A stretch of 64,000 bases of DNA from Gekko japonicus (GCF_001447785.1 NW_015164664.1:1703792-1767791); one strand, 5' to 3'; positions 30,306-46,014 are shown, counted from the first letter of the stretch. Notes: generated by a model from the letters alone, not told the origin. Translations and numbers: made by a program.

Positions 30306-32130
30306 GTTGCAGTTGATTCTGGTGCTCTGAAGAGAGCTAGGAGTGACTCCAGTGCAAAGGTGTGGCAAAGAAAGCTTTTGGTCTGCGCAGGCTAGAAGAG
30401 CACAGATGAGAATGAGCAAAGGGGAGGAACCCATCCGGGCTACCTGTGGCCATGAACATGAGGCACGGACTGGGTTTCTGGCTATTGAAAGAAGTACTGT
30501 GCAGGCAGAGCAGATTGCTCTTCCTGGATTTGAGTGGCAGCCAAAACTTTGGCAAGGAACATGGCAGCAGCTCTCTGCCGAGACTGGTTTGCTGGCCAGA
30601 TTCCTGAGGTCTTTTTAGGAAAACATGGGATCCCAGAAGAAGGGTGTAAAGCAGCACCTGGTGCACTTTTGACCCAAGGAAGGGGGGCCTCAGGCAGGCA
30701 CCTAGTTGCATAGAGAGAGTACTGTGGACTCCTGCAGGGCAACTTGGGGAGTGAGAGCAAAGATATCATAGGAAGGCCCTGCCAAAAGCGCCCTTGCCTT
30801 TGCCAGGAAATTTGGACTGTGCAAACATCATGCAGCTGAACACTGCTGCCACCCACTAGATAGGCAGTGAGTATCACCAGCACATGCAGCAGGGGATGGT
30901 GCCCTGAGGAGAGTGAGGAGCAGGCATGATCAGGGGCTCCCAGCCAAGCATCGGTCAGACCCATTTTTCTGGGACCAGCCACCAGCACAAACTTGTAACA
31001 TGATCCCCTCCCACACATACAGCCTCATCAGTCACGAAAGAAAAAGAATGTCTTGCTTTACCTCTGGAATGACAGATCATTGCATGGTAAGGGCTTGCTG
31101 TCTGCTCTCCTTTCTCAGGTGTGCTCTTGTCCCCTCCCCCAGGGCCCTGTTCAGGGATCTCAGCTTGAGAGAGGCATGCTGAGTGAATTTCTAACATGTG
31201 GTTGCAAAAGAGGGAAGATATTAGTACAGAGAAAGCCTGATTGGGGGTCTGATATGTCTGGGTGGGACCCCGCCATCTGCCGATGCTCATTTCTACGAAC
31301 CCATGGCAGTGTATGGACGCCTGAAAGGAAATGCCAGGCAGCCGAAGAAGGCACCGCCTGACTTGCAGTTCCTGGCTTTCAGGCCTCCCTATTCTTCCAG
31401 CTCCAGCCTAGCCCTGACCTGCAGGGCTCTGTTTGTTCCTGCCTCAGGGAGTGGCATCTGTTCTGCTGACCTTGTGCAAGGGAGAGGAAGGCACACAGTG
31501 CAGTAAGAATACAACAGATTTCTTCGCTGAAATACACACCTGAAAAGCAAACACTGTTTTGGTGCCACAGCCAATGCCAAGGCAGTGGTGCTGAGACTCC
31601 CGGTTGGGAGATTCCCAGCAGGTAACCTCTCCAAACTAGGCACTGGGAACATGTAATTATTCCCTCCTCTCAGCAAAAAACAAAAAAATCTGCCACATTT
31701 GTAATCACTGTACAGACAGTGCTTTAGCAAGTGTTAATAGTGGCAGTTGGCTAGTGTCCATGACATCCCTAGTGACCAGTGACACATCTCTCTCTGATCT
31801 CCCTTGTCTGGCACCGTTTCACATACCTTTTGAACTTCTGTTTTTTTTAAAAAAAGTTTGTTTTTCTCAGATCTTAAAAGTCTGTGCGCTGCTCAGCATA
31901 ACATCTGTGTGTGCATTTGTGTGCTCAGCTTGTCCTTTGAACAAAGCAAAATGGTTGTGAGCACAACCAACCATTCCTCCCCTTTACTATTCAGTTTCAC
32001 TTTTTCTTTTTGTACTCTGTTGCTTTTAATCTCTGCTCAGCATCTCTCATGCACCAGATACCTGCAGTTCTCGATGAACTGGACTACCACAAGCACCCAG
32101 TTAAGGGGGTTTTATGGGGATGGTATTTGT

Positions 32131-32340
32131 CTGGATAGCCCAGGCTAGCCTGATCTGGTCAGATCCCAGAAGCTAAGCAGGGTCAGCCCTGGCTAGTATT
32201 TGGATGGGAGATGACCAAGGAATACCAGGGACGTGACGCAGAGGCAGGCAATGCCAAACCACATCTGAATGTCCCTCGCCTTGAAAACCCTACAAGGTAG
32301 CCATACGTCAGCTGTGACTTGACTGCACGTTCAACCACCA
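32131..32340 (+). mobile_element. 5S rRNA-derived SINE with RTE/BovB-like tail
   Basis: GCCTGATCTGGTCAGATCCCAGAAGCTAAGCAGGGTCAGCCCTGGCTAGTATTTGGATGGGAGA aligns by eye to 5S rRNA boxes A/C, followed by GCAATGCCAAACCAC...CCTTGAAAACCCTAC. Confidence 0.8.
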
Positions 32341-33449
32341 ATTGTCTGGAACCCTGCAAAGCTTTGTCTGGAGTGTTCTAATCTGCAGGCAATTTCCATG
32401 CAAGGGCTATGGGCCCCTGGCTCTTTGGACCTGCTGTTCATGAAACAGCAATTCACATGTTAGAAAGGAAGACTAGAAGGTCATGACATCGCCTCCTGTC
32501 CCATTCCAGCCACCAGCTGCTCCATGGACAAGAGATACTCCTTGCAAACCACATTTGCTTCACAAATATACACCCCTGGTAAGAGAATAGCGCAGAGACA
32601 CTCCCTAGAGGAACTGGGGACAAAGAATGTGCTCTGCTATTTTTTGGCAGGTTTATATTTGTCACGGAGGACTTCTGGAATCTGTAGAATGTGCAAAATG
32701 GCAATTATTGCTCCTTCCAAGAGCCCTGTGCAGTGCTGACCTGGTGCAATTGGTCAGCAACCAACAGCTCCATCCACTTGCCCCAGAATAAGGAGGTGGG
32801 CGAGGAGTTTTCAGAGGGGCCCAGACAGGCCTGCATGCCCAGGATAGCCTTCCCATCTGTCTGCTGCAGAGACTGGAGAGAGATCTGCCTAGGAAAGCCT
32901 GAGGGTGGGGGGCAAACCCTTATTAAAAAAAAAACAGATTGATTCACTGATATTATTGGTTAAAAGGTCTGAGGAGAGGCTTGTGCTAGAAACCTGAGAG
33001 AACCACAGCCAGGCTCAAAGGTTTTCTGCACAGTTGCTCCCCAGGTTCTGCTTTTGTCATGAGATTATCACATTTTCTGGGCTGTCAAAGTCTCAGATGT
33101 GGAGGAAGGGAATGTGATGCAGGTCAGCTGTTGCTGGGTGTCAGAGGCAGCTACTGGCATAACTTCTGATGAACAGGGCACCTTCTCCATCCCTTCCTCT
33201 TTACTCAGAAACATCCTGTAATTTGCTGTCTCTCTTATTGCCACAAGGGTTGGAAATGCTATGAGCAGCTGGGGGAGGGGAATGTGTGAAAGATTAGCAA
33301 TACCCCTCACATCTGCACACATTTGGTGGTGCTATGCATGCATTTCTCTTTCTTGGTTTCCATCCAGAGAGTTGTTCTTCTGGCTGAGAAGATGTGTGTT
33401 CAGATTCCTCCTTAGCCATGAGTGAGCTGGGGAAGTCAAACTTTCTTGG

Positions 33450-33690
33450 CTTCACTCTAGAGAACGGACAGATCTTGTGATATGGGCAGTTCAGATCCCA
33501 CATGTGCTGTCACCTCATTGAGTGGCTTAGGCAAGTCACTGTTCTTGCAGCTTCTGTATCCCTATCTGCAGTACGTAGTTAATAGCATTGGTCAGCCTTG
33601 CTGGGTTGTTGTAGGGATGACCAAAATGCAACAGAGGACAGGACGTTTAGCTTCTCGGGACAAAGCTATACAAATGATAATCGCTGTTAA
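33450..33690 (+). mobile_element. Old MIR/CORE-like SINE
   Basis: GGCTTAGGCAAGTCACT...CCTATCTGCA...GGGTTGTTGTAGGGAT core-like motifs. Confidence 0.45.
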
Positions 33691-34681
33691 GCTTCTCAGC
33701 TTCCAGTTCTCAGCTTCTCAGCTCCCCGCACTGGAAGCAAATCGGTTGATCTCTCTTTGGATATAGCAAACAGATCCTGTAGAGAGACCAGGACTCAGAA
33801 GCACCCAATGAAAGGCCCTGAACAGAGGAAAGGCAGGGCAAGACAAGAAGCATGAGGGCTGACCCAATGGACAAAAGGCAGATCAGACTAAGGCCAGCTA
33901 TTGCAGCCCCCCTTGTATGCAAAGCATGTCGCTCCTCTTCCATCTCTGAGCCCAGAGGGTTTGTATGCTTGCAGCCTCTGCACTCTCTGCTACATTTCAT
34001 AATAGCTCCAGTTCTAACAAGCTTCGAAGAATCTGGCAGTCCCCCTCCTGAAGGAGTTCACACTCTGATGTCGTTTCCTCATCTACTCTTGAAGGCAGCA
34101 ACCCCCTTTCCACACCCATGCAAACAGAACTGAGCAGGTGGCAACTTGCACGGATCATGGACAGAGGCCATCCATAGGAGGGTCACCTGCTCTCAGTAGT
34201 CAATTTATTATCGGTCAGCTTGTTTGCTGCTTCTTACAGAATTCTCCCCCTCTGCTGTGCAGGCCTTTCTGATGGGAATTTTCAGGCCTGCTGCTGGGAC
34301 TCAGATTTTTGCACAGGGTTTCGTGTGAGGGTTTTCAGGCACCCACTGTGAAATAATAGGGATGAGGGGCTGGGATACTATGAAGGTATTTCTCCAATGG
34401 AGGAGGGTTCTCCAATTATGAGCCCCAGCATGGGAAATGAAACATCCAATTCAGTTTCGTTGGACACCTGGCTTAAGTTTTTGCATCACTTGGTTCAACC
34501 ACATTCAATTAATTTCACACATTTCAACTCTGATCAACTAGGTTGTGGAGAAATGCCCTCTCCCCAAGAATTCATTCCATTCTTTTGGTTAATGTGAATA
34601 TACTCTGTGTAGAAACGAAACTGCAAATTCAGATCTGGCAGGAAGGTGGGGCCCAGGGGATAAGCCAACCAGCTCCAAGCA

Positions 34682-34872
34682 CAGAGGGTAGCTGTGTTGG
34701 TCTACAGTAGAACAGTTAGACTTGAGTCCAATAGCACCTTAGAGACCAACAAGAATTTTGAGGTATAAGCTTTTGAGAGTCATCAGACAGTGTCTGGTAA
34801 AGAGAACTTTGACTCTCAAGGGCTTATACCTGAAACTCTTGCTGGTTTCTAAGGTGCTGAGGATACTTGAGT
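34682..34872. mobile_element. Penelope-derived foldback, decayed
   Basis: AGCACCTTAGAGACCAACAAGA..GGTATAAGC..TTGAGAGTCA mirrored by TGACTCTCAA..GCTTATACC..TCTTGCTGGTTTCTAAGGTGCT. Confidence 0.7.
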
Positions 34873-35557
34873 GTTTACATATGTTAATGGCTCTGGCCAA
34901 GGAAAGACCACGGATCACCATCCCACACCTTGCTAGAATGTCACACCTAAAGGGACAGAGACTGCTAAGAGCCAAAGGACTAATTATTAGCCCCTTCCTT
35001 TTGGAGAAGGAAAGGCAATTAACCTGAGGTGGTGGACTCTCACAAGAACTAAATTAACCTGAGGTGGTGGACTCTCACAAGGGGAGATTATAAATTCTCT
35101 AGACACAGAGAAGCAGCTCTGTTACATGGCTTCTGACTAGGGACACACAACTCTTACAGGACGAAGACTTTTACGTAGGTACTCCATCTTGTCCGTGTGG
35201 TGAGAGACAATGGGGAGAAGTCCCAATCATGAGAACTAACTTGAAACTGAATTTTAATTACTGCACTTTCAAGAAATACTAGTCTGCCCTATGTAAACAT
35301 TGNNNNNNNNNNNNNNNNNNNNNNNNNNNNNNNNNNNNNNNNNNNNNNNNNNTCGCTCAGCCTGGATACTTGAACAGTCCATGTGTATTCTTTTTATACA
35401 TTAACCTTCCTTGTATTTTGAATGCTCTAAATCTGCTCTCTGGAAACACATCACATGTATTTGGTCTTGTTACCTGAAGTGTGGTAATGGAGACAGGCAG
35501 TGGATCAGCTTGCCATCCCTAGAGCATAATAGCTCAAAATTGCAAAAGTATGATTGA

Positions 35558-35790
35558 TTTATTTTATGTATTTCATTTATACCCGGCCTTTGTACTCATA
35601 ATGGGGACCCAAAGCAACTTACTTACTTCTCCTCTCTTCCATTTTAACCTCAAAACAACACTGTGAGGTTGGTTAAGCTAAGAGTGTGACTGGCCTGAGG
35701 TAATGCAGCAAGCTTCAATGGCAGAGTGGGTATTTGAACCTGGGTCTCTCAAATCCTGCTCTGACACCTGAACCACTACACCACACTGGC
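35558..35790 (-). mobile_element. tRNA-derived SINE (Squam3-like), near full length
   Basis: Minus-strand head GCCAGTGTGGTGTAGTGGTT, B box GGTTCAAATACC, A-rich tail at 35558-35580. Confidence 0.7.
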
Positions 35791-38700
35791 CCTCACCTCC
35801 CTCGTGCTGGCTTGCAGTGTGGCACTTCGGCAAAACTTTTAAATTTCAATGAAATTACAGTGTGTAGACATGCAATTCTGTTTAACAGGAGATACTCTCA
35901 AGAGTCGCTGGTGGCAGCAGTTATCTAGTTTTTTTGGCACTATCAGGGGCAAAACTTTTAAATTTCAATGAAAGTACAGTGTGTAGACATGCAATTCTGT
36001 TTGAGATACCCGCAAGAGTCGCTGGTGGCAGCAGTTATCTAGTCCTTTCCTTCATATAGGTGATGGGCAGCCTCATCCAAAGACCCTGACACAAGGATGT
36101 CACCGATAGGGTGATGGTGCGCCTAGCTAGTATTTTAAGCCTGCTCCACAGAAAGAGAAATAAAGAAACACTCCTTAGCCATGTATTCTTGCTGCCATTA
36201 CATTTTATCAAGGGGCTGATGGGGGCTGGGGAGGCCTACTTCTACTGTAGAGCTTCACCATCCTGGCAGTGCTACAGCACCAGTGTATCTCCAGCTGTAC
36301 TGGCACAGGGCTTACTTGCCATCCTAAGCCTTTCAGTGGAGGGGTCTAGGCTTGTCCTCTAAGTGACATGAGGCTGAATGGTAGGCAGAGGCTAAAGGAA
36401 GTATGAAGCTTTTGTACAGGAAACCCAGCAGCCTGAGTCGCCTTGATTGATGCTGGCCCCACATAGGAACCCAAGCACCTTTCCTGCCCTGAAGCCATTT
36501 ACCCACCAAGGTGGACGAACAGGCCTGCCCAGCCACTTCCAAAAGGGGAAGCGAGAGGTACCGCAATCAACACCAAGCCCTTGTTGGCCAACAAACCCTC
36601 TTCCGGAGACAGGGACTTTTCATTTGCTGTTACAACATTGCCTTCCTCTGCCGCTTTTATCTCTAGCATGCTGTCCTACTCTGGGCCTAGGAAACCCACC
36701 TATGAGAGACCAACCCAGCAAAGGACACCGGTAGTTTAGGTGCATTTGCTGTGCTCTACTTTTGCTTGTGGATGGTTTGCACAACCAAAGCGATCGTTTG
36801 GCCAATGTTTGCCCCTATGAGATGATGGCACTACTCCACGGATATCTGAGGCTGGGAGGGGAGAAGAAGAGAGGTTCTTCCGTCCCTCACCTTCAATTCT
36901 GATTTTTCCTTCTGCCAGGAGGATAGCTACTGCCAGGGTGAGACTCCCACCCGTTACAGCCTTGACATTGCTGTCTAGAGGCTGAGTATGAGGGTAGATA
37001 CTGCATATCTTGGCAATCAAGCCCTGCACCAGGGCTGTGGGAAGAATGTTTGGAAGAAGCTCTCCAGCAGCCTGCTTCCAGTTTTCGTTTGCTTCTGACA
37101 GTGCAGTCCAATGACCAGAGCCTGTCTCTCAAAGCCAGCTTTCCTAGTATCTCTCTGGTCAGGATCCTGAGGAAGAAACAGTTTGAACTTTACAGCCCTG
37201 GCACCAAGCCTGTAGCTACAGTGGGGCATTTCGGGGCCTGCCCCCCTGACCTCCTGCCAAGGCCCTCTGACTTCCATCCAGCCCTCAGCGCGCCCCCCCC
37301 CCGGCTCTCTGGGCCACCTGGAGGACTACCAACTCTCTGAGCCACCCAGAGGATTCCTCACTGCCTCCCCTTCCCCAAGCATGGCTTGCTTCCCCACGTG
37401 GGGAGGTATAATGCGAATGCTCCAAAAGTGAGTTTTTAGAATATTTTATTTTGTGACGTCAGTGCCCCCTGATGTATTTAAAGCCTCCCCGAATTATAAA
37501 ATCCTGACTACGGCCCTGCCTGGCACTATCTGGAGAGCTATCGTGCACCCTAAGTTTCTCCAGGGTAGATGGAGGCCCATCAAAACAGGACTTCTTGGGG
37601 ATCCTTTCAAGTTCCTACTGCTAGGCATTTTAATTCAGCCTGATAAACCAGGCGATTTGTGGAATCAAGCTCTCTCTTGCTCAGTCTTAAGTCCTCAACA
37701 AACTTACCTTCAACCCCAAACAGTTCCCTGATTACCAGGAAGTTATCTGGCCAGAGAAGGTGGGATGGAAATAGCCACTGCAGGACAGAAGTCCTTGGCA
37801 TTGCTCATCTCTACTATATGCAGAAAATAAGGGGTGAAAGCAACAGCACTGCCTATGTCTGCTTACTGGCACAATGGAAGCAGACCATTTATTGTGCTGT
37901 CATTCATCCCACCTTTGCACAGTGGCTTCCACAGACAGCTGTGGCTGTGTTCCTTGCAACTGGAGCTCCAGTTTTGTGCCATGGCTTTGTCCTGCAAAGA
38001 TGATGCATCCTAGGTAGAGCCTTTTGAGCTGCACAGTCTTGCATGCCCTGAAGCCTTGGCAAGCTCTCTGGTTAGTGGAGGAAAAGGCCTGCTCGGTCAT
38101 GCCCCTGCCACTCATATCCTCCGCCCCAGGCTTCAAGGTGAGCTCAAGGGACTGCTGCCTCATGGAAGGTAGATGGGAATCAATGCTCTCCAGTTGCCTG
38201 CCCAGTTGGAAGGTTCATTATATTATTGGTCCTTACTCAGTCTTTTCTCTGAGACTCAGCCAGACTGGGGCAGGACTACGGATAACAGGGCATAACAGGT
38301 TTGGGCATGTTCCAGCTTGCCTCCCCATGCCCGAGGAATCATCATTTTGTCTGTAAAACCCAGGGAAGTTTCAAGAAAGACCAGAAAAAGGAAGTCTGAT
38401 CTTTTTAAGAGCCCCTTTTCCTTCTTCCTCAGTGGGCCTGCAGAGACTAAAGCAGCACAGTGGCTAGTTTCTCATGCCAGCCCTTTCCAAGGGTACAGAG
38501 CACCCAGTGCCCCCCTCCGGGTGCTAAACTACTTCTCCTTTTGTAAAAAGTTTGTCTCTCCCTCCACTAGCCCTGATGAGAAGTGGGGCTGCTTTTGCCT
38601 ATTATTTTTAATGCACTTAGAAGTGCGTATAGATTTAAAGAGCTTATGAAATATGATAAAAGCAACACTTAGGTATTTCTCCCCACAAAGGGGGAGAAAC

Positions 38701-40839
38701 CCACAATGGGTTGCAGTTAGCGAGTCTAATTTACTTACACAATGAAGGCCAAGGAGAAGTTTTATTGCAAGTTGTGGTTTCTGCTCTCTCACTTCCTTCA
38801 GGTGCTTCCTTTTTCTTAAGCTTCTTGATGTCTCTGGAGAGTCCCCCTTAGCAATGTACATTTGTAAAGAAACCGCTTGCTTGAGCTCCCACCTACCACT
38901 GTAGACAGGGGGCAGTTAAGATCCTGGCGTGCTGCTTACACACTGACGTCTATTACCTCCCTCCCCCTCTCCATGAGCAGCAGAAACACCTACTGCTGAG
39001 CCTGGGAGAGGTGGCTGGCTGCTCCACCTCGGCCCTGTGCAGTCCACAATCTAACCTCTCTCCAAACTCCATTTCCACAAGATCACAAGGCCACTTCTGA
39101 CGCATGCTTTTTCTGTGCAGATAATCTGTATGCAGAAAGGAAAGCCACAGGCACTATCGCTTCGGCATTTATTCTTCTGCTACATGAAGACACGTCATGC
39201 ATGAAGCAGCCGTGGTTTCTTTTTTAAACTCCTCACTTCCTACTTGTTTAGGATCACAGTAAACCCAAACATTACTATAACCGGGCCACTGCTTCCCTGC
39301 TGCTAAAGACGAAGCGCAGCCTTTGCCCCCTCTATCCTCTACCACTTTGCAGCTGCCCACCTTCTGAGCACAGAGGCACAGTATTCTTTTGTTACTACCT
39401 TTGATTTCCCCTAAGCCACACTGCTGGGATGTAGGGGGGGGGGGGTTTGCACCTGGACCTTGCAATCTTGGAGTTGGTCCAGTAGGCACTTAAAAGAGGC
39501 AGGCACTCCACCTAGAGCACCACTAGTCAATAATGAAAGCAATACTTACCACAAGCCTCTTCCGACAGGCATCCAAAGGCTATTAGCAAGAGCTTCAGTT
39601 TTAGGACTGATTCACACATGCACGTGAGTCACTTATCTGCCACTCACTGAACATGCAAACAGCCTGTACTTAAACAGTATGTTGTAGCGGGCTCAGTCTG
39701 GGATGGCTGTTCAGCACATACAAGTTCGCACTTGGTGTTGCTGTCACTGTGTGATGAAGACTGAAGTCACCTTTAGATTTATGTGATATTATGTTTCGGT
39801 CATTGTGTAACGTGTGATGAAGACTGAAGTGATGTGATATTATGTTTCGGTCATTGTGTAAGGAAGATCGGGAGCTCCACCGTACCTCATTGCATTTTTC
39901 CAGTGGAGGTCCCCTTCCATCCCACTGCCACCAATCACCCCAAAAGGCTGAGTGAAACTTGGAGGTGGGCACATTGGAGCCTTGGCCAGGTCCATTACAG
40001 CTAGTGAATTATACACAACTCTGCTGTGTGCAGCTAGCTTGTCTGGCTGACCTAAACAGGTTTCTGTTAGGTGTCAGTTATGTTCTCTACACTAACTCTA
40101 TGCAAGATAAACAGACAACGAGATCTGACAGTCCTTATGGCAGGTCACCCTAGCACACAATCAAGTGCTCCAATGACTAAGCTGTCTACACTGAAAACTT
40201 TGGGAGGGGAAGAGTATGCCAGCTCATATCTGCTTTCAAATAATTTCAAGTACACAAAAGTCAGACCAATGGGACTTTGTGAATAGAATCCTAAACTCAG
40301 CTTTTCCATCTATATGCACTTGTAGGATCATCTGAGACCCATTTTGAGCAAGAAAGTGTTACAGGCAGAAACTTCCTGGAAAAACTCAACCAAAGAGAAG
40401 CCCAAGTATTGGAAAGCACGTGAGAAGCTGTCAAGCTGCGACTGCCCTAGATTTTCCAAGCCACCTTATTGTACATGGTAGAAGACTCTCTCCTGGAATG
40501 AGCTCATGGACGCCACAACCCTCACTCATCACTTGCTTACAGGCTGCCCCAAGCTGAGAGACAAACAGTGGAATCCTAGTGGAGTTACACTCTTTTCACT
40601 GGCTGCCCCAAGCCGAGTGGAATCCTAGTGGAGTTACACTCTTTTTAAGTTAGTGGACTTAGAAGGGTGGAACATAGCTTCGGGTTGCACCGCTAATCCT
40701 TCCGCAGCAAAACTGAACCTCCCTACACCAGGGGCTCCAGTACATCTGAAACAGAAACAGCAGAAGTTCTGCAATGCTTCAGCTGTTTCCAGGCAAACAG
40801 ACAACCAGGAGATCGCTTTTTTTAAAATTTTTATCAAGT

Positions 40840-40845
40840 TTTAAT
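40840..40845 (-). terminator. TMSB15B: Candidate TMSB15 polyA signal (ATTAAA)
   Basis: TTTAAT on plus, about 400 nt past the stop, with GATAAA nearby. Confidence 0.5.
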
Positions 40846-41238
40846 TTTCTAGGAAGACAAATCAAACAGAGCTGCAAAAACAATTAGTGAGCAAATACAG
40901 TGGACAGGTCTCTCAGCCCCTGAAATTGCCCTACTGGGCTAGACGGGGCAGGAAGGAGAGATGTCTGAGCCATGGGAGCCCCGGATCCCCTCTTCTGTAC
41001 TGTTCCGTTCTCTCCTTGCTGAAACAGGCAGCGACATCAACACCCGGAGGAGGCAGCGGCTGCGCAAGGGAGAAGTAGCCAGCCGGTGACACGGCTTCCA
41101 AGGGATCCAAAGCAGTGGAGGTGGGATGGTCACAATGGGAGCTGCAGCATTTAATACAATAGACATTGTTGTAAAAAAAAAGTTAACGCAAAGAAGAGTG
41201 AGGAAGAGAGAATGGGCACTTCGCATCAACGGCCATCT

Positions 41239-42654
<1,416 letters not shown>

Positions 42655-43103
42655 TCAAGAAAAGGATTCGGGGAAAAGAATAGGGCCAGCCCCACTGAGC
42701 TTCCAGCGCCATCTGTTTTTAAAAAAACCAAACAGATCCAGGGTGCAAAGAGCATGCTTTGGGTGGGGTGGGAAGGACTCAGCCCCACCCCTCCGGTGTT
42801 AATCCAAAAAAGCCCCCCATCCCCTGCAAACCCAGGGAGACGCCGTCAGACCCATTCTCTTCCCCCCGCCCGCCCAGTGGCCCGACAAAGCGGCCCTTTC
42901 GGCGGCCATCCAGCCTCCCTTCCCCGCCACGCCCGCGAAGACAAAGGCGGGACGAAGGAGCACGCGCCCAGAAACAGCCCGCAAGAGACGCGCCCGTAAG
43001 GGAAGCCACACAGACGGGGAGAGACAAACGAAGAAAGGGTCCCTGTTCTTCCCCTCCCCTGCCCACCCTCGGGGCACCGCCCATCAAAAAACCCCCCGTT
43101 TAC

Positions 43104-43220
43104 CTCCAGGCACGTCCGACGAGACTCTTAAGACTGCTCGAGCGCTGTAAAGCCAGCGTGTCTGGAACAGCCCTTTATATGCCGCGGCAGAGCGCTAGAC
43201 ACGCCGGGAAATGTAGTCTG
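43104..43220 (-). promoter_or_regulatory. TMSB15B: TMSB15 non-coding exon 1 (donor after 43104), TATA box (43174-43180) and ZNF143/SBS-like motif (43199-43218) inside a CpG island
   Basis: Minus strand reads GAG|GTAAAC donor, CATATAAAG, and GACTACATTTCCCGGCGTGT. Exon 2 acceptor TTTTGCAG with the exon starting at 42500. CpG-rich from about 42510 to 43760. Confidence 0.75.
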
Positions 43221-46014
43221 CCTGCCTGGTCAAGCTGCAGGCACCGCGCCAGATGAAACTACGCGCCCCAGGAGGCTGCGGGGGAGGGCGTCCCCGGCTG
43301 GAGGGCGCGGCACTGCTGGGCTGCGTGGGCGAGTCAGGAGCGCGCCAAGAAGCGAGAGATAAGGACGTGGAGTGGTAGCCTGCTATTCTGGCGCGGCCCA
43401 GAGACCCGCCTGTCCCGGTACACCAGGGAATGCCCCAGACCTGGTCCTTACCCGGTGGCGGCTCCTGCCTGTTGCAGAAGCGAAAGGCGCGAGTCGCCGC
43501 TCTCCCGTGCCCAGCTTTCTCCCCATGGCGTGCGTCTATGGGTGCGTGCGTGGCTGCATCTCGTCTGTAGCCCACATGTAGGAAAGTGCGCGCGCATGAG
43601 CGTCGAGGCACGCTGCAGTGCTCTCTTCCCCTGCCATTTCATATGCTGCAGCTGCCGTGATAACGTGAACTCTTGATAATGTATAGAGCGACAATTCTGG
43701 TTTTTTACGAGTCGCAAAGCGCCATCGGCGAACTATTGCAACGCAATCGCGGGCGACCTACTTAGGAAAATTCGCTCTTTGCTGCCGCGAAGTCAAGGGA
43801 CTTAGTGCACAGAATGCCCCCCCAGCGGCCCTTGACAGTGCAGCCCTTCGGAAAGTAGTCTTAGGGATCGTCCCCAGACAGCCAAGCACTAGCCTTGTGA
43901 TCCAGATAGACGCGCAGTCTCTGGCCATTTGAATGGTGGGGAAGGTGTGCGTACGTGTGCGATTCTGTACGCACTTACGTATCAATCACTAAGTCGGACG
44001 AACAGACTTTTTCTTCATGGTATCTCAGTTACCATTCCACCGGCTTGGTAAAGCAGGCTAAATATGGAGGGGGTCAAGTGTTTGTCGCACTTTTGAAAGG
44101 GGCAAAACTGCTCTCGCTAGCTTGGGGGAATGGTGTGTGCGTGCCCGCATGCAGCCACTACTGACGGCAGATAAGAAGATTTTTCACAGGAACGTCATCT
44201 TGGAACCGGAGCAGACCATGAAAAGGGGCCAGCAAGGGGGAGGGGCTCTCCCAGCACAAGATTCCAGTACAGTTTACTCTTCCACACCCCGAGTTGTAGG
44301 AACGAGGGTTCGTGGGAGTGCTGACCTCCAGGATGCGGGGGGCAGACCCAGGTCCTTGGAGAGGACGGCAGGGAGTGGCGATCTTACAAGTTCGTCTGGT
44401 AGTCGCACAATGGAGTATATCCCACTGCAGTCTCCCCCCATAGGGTTTCGCTTTCGTGCCGGAAGTTTAGGCTACGTCTTTCTTAACTTTATAACGGGGG
44501 GGGGGCATGACTATGAGATCGGAAGGGAAAGAATACTCCTCCTTCGCTTGTCTTGTGCCTTGCGGTAACAAGCCCCGCCTCCTCATAGGTGAAAAAGGAC
44601 TGAAGAGGTATTCTCCTGCGCCATACCACCGGTTGCCCATAAAGCCCCCCTGCTTCCCCACTCTGTGCTTCCTTCAGTGTTTTGTGCGCCATCTGGCGAC
44701 GATACGGTGGATTTGTTTTCTTCCTGAAGATGTTGTCTGGGGATATCTTTAGTCCTTTTTAACCGGCACGATTCCAAAGACCCACCAGGCCAGTTATCAA
44801 CATAAGAAAACAGGCAAACATTTCCCAAACAATATCGAAGCCACGATGCTCCGAAGACATTACATTCGAAGAACCCCCCCCCCCCTTAACCATTGCTTCT
44901 CCAGTTCTGTTACTCTGGACTGTCAAATGAGTCTACCACCCTCCCTCCTTGTCCTTTAAATTGCCTCCCAGAAAGCAGGTGCAGTTCAGTCTTTCTCCTG
45001 GTCCACTCTTCCATCTTGTCTTGCTTTCTTGTCTCAAAATTTGTAATGTAACCTCCTCTGGGCAGGGAACTGCCTTCCGCTCAGAAAAATGTTGTGCAGC
45101 TTGATAATGTTGTGGACTACACATTGTATCAACCATAGGGAGCTATAATTAACTAATCAAAATCACTTTTTACTTAATGCATAATTTATTTCTCCATGCC
45201 ATCCACTACAAGAGAAATCCTAGCAATTGTACAATTCATTTTCTTTACCTTAAAAGTCAATAATTCAGGCACAGTCATCAGTCCCTTGAAAGGACCAAAG
45301 ATAAGGCAATCAATTTATTAGAGTAATCCAGATGTACATGCAGCAGTTCTTCACTGGGTCATTTGCTTCCTGAGTTCATTAAGTCACAGCAGACTTTCCA
45401 TTTCATAGCAGGTTACTAGCCCAGCAGGTACATTCTATGCCATGGACCACACCGTTTTCCCCCAGCCAGTAAATCTGCACTGTGCTGCCCTCCACCCGTT
45501 CATTCACATATCCTTTGATTGTGGACCTTGTGGATCTCAGGAAGGGCTCCCACAGGGCTGCCTTGGTCGGTCCATCCTCCCTCACAGGAGACAGGTCCCT
45601 TTTGAGGAAGCTGGAGAGCCCTGGGGAGGGCCTGGGAGGGGTCAGTGCAGCCCTTGGGCTCCTCCTCAGATTCCCCACACCCTAGTTCTCTGCCTGAACT
45701 CTTCAAGGCGGATCCCCGGTTCCGCAAGAGTGCCTTCTGAGCTGACATGCTTCACATAGCAGCCTGAGGCATATGCTACAGCTATACTGTAGAGTTGGTC
45801 AGTGTGTGAGGGAGATGTTCTTGGGCCTGAGAGAGCAGCCCAGAATATATTGAGCTTTTATCAATACAGCACATATTAAAGGACAGGAGCAAAGAGGCGG
45901 CTGTGTGTGTGTTGGGGGGGGGATTTCCTCCAGATTTTCCTGCCTGCATCCAAGTGTGGTGTCCCCCTCCCCTCCAAGAGCATTAAGTGTCACTCTCTGG
46001 AGGGAAAACTGAAC

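Noticed and set aside
32131-32230. Possible 5S rRNA gene
   Set aside because: Ends diverge from 5S and it continues into an RTE-like tail; it is a SINE.
30320-40800. Possible relic of an EGFL6-like paralogue expected between TMSB15 and RAB9B from the paralogon
   Set aside because: No EGF-like Cys spacing or convincing exon found by eye; a tblastn search would be needed.
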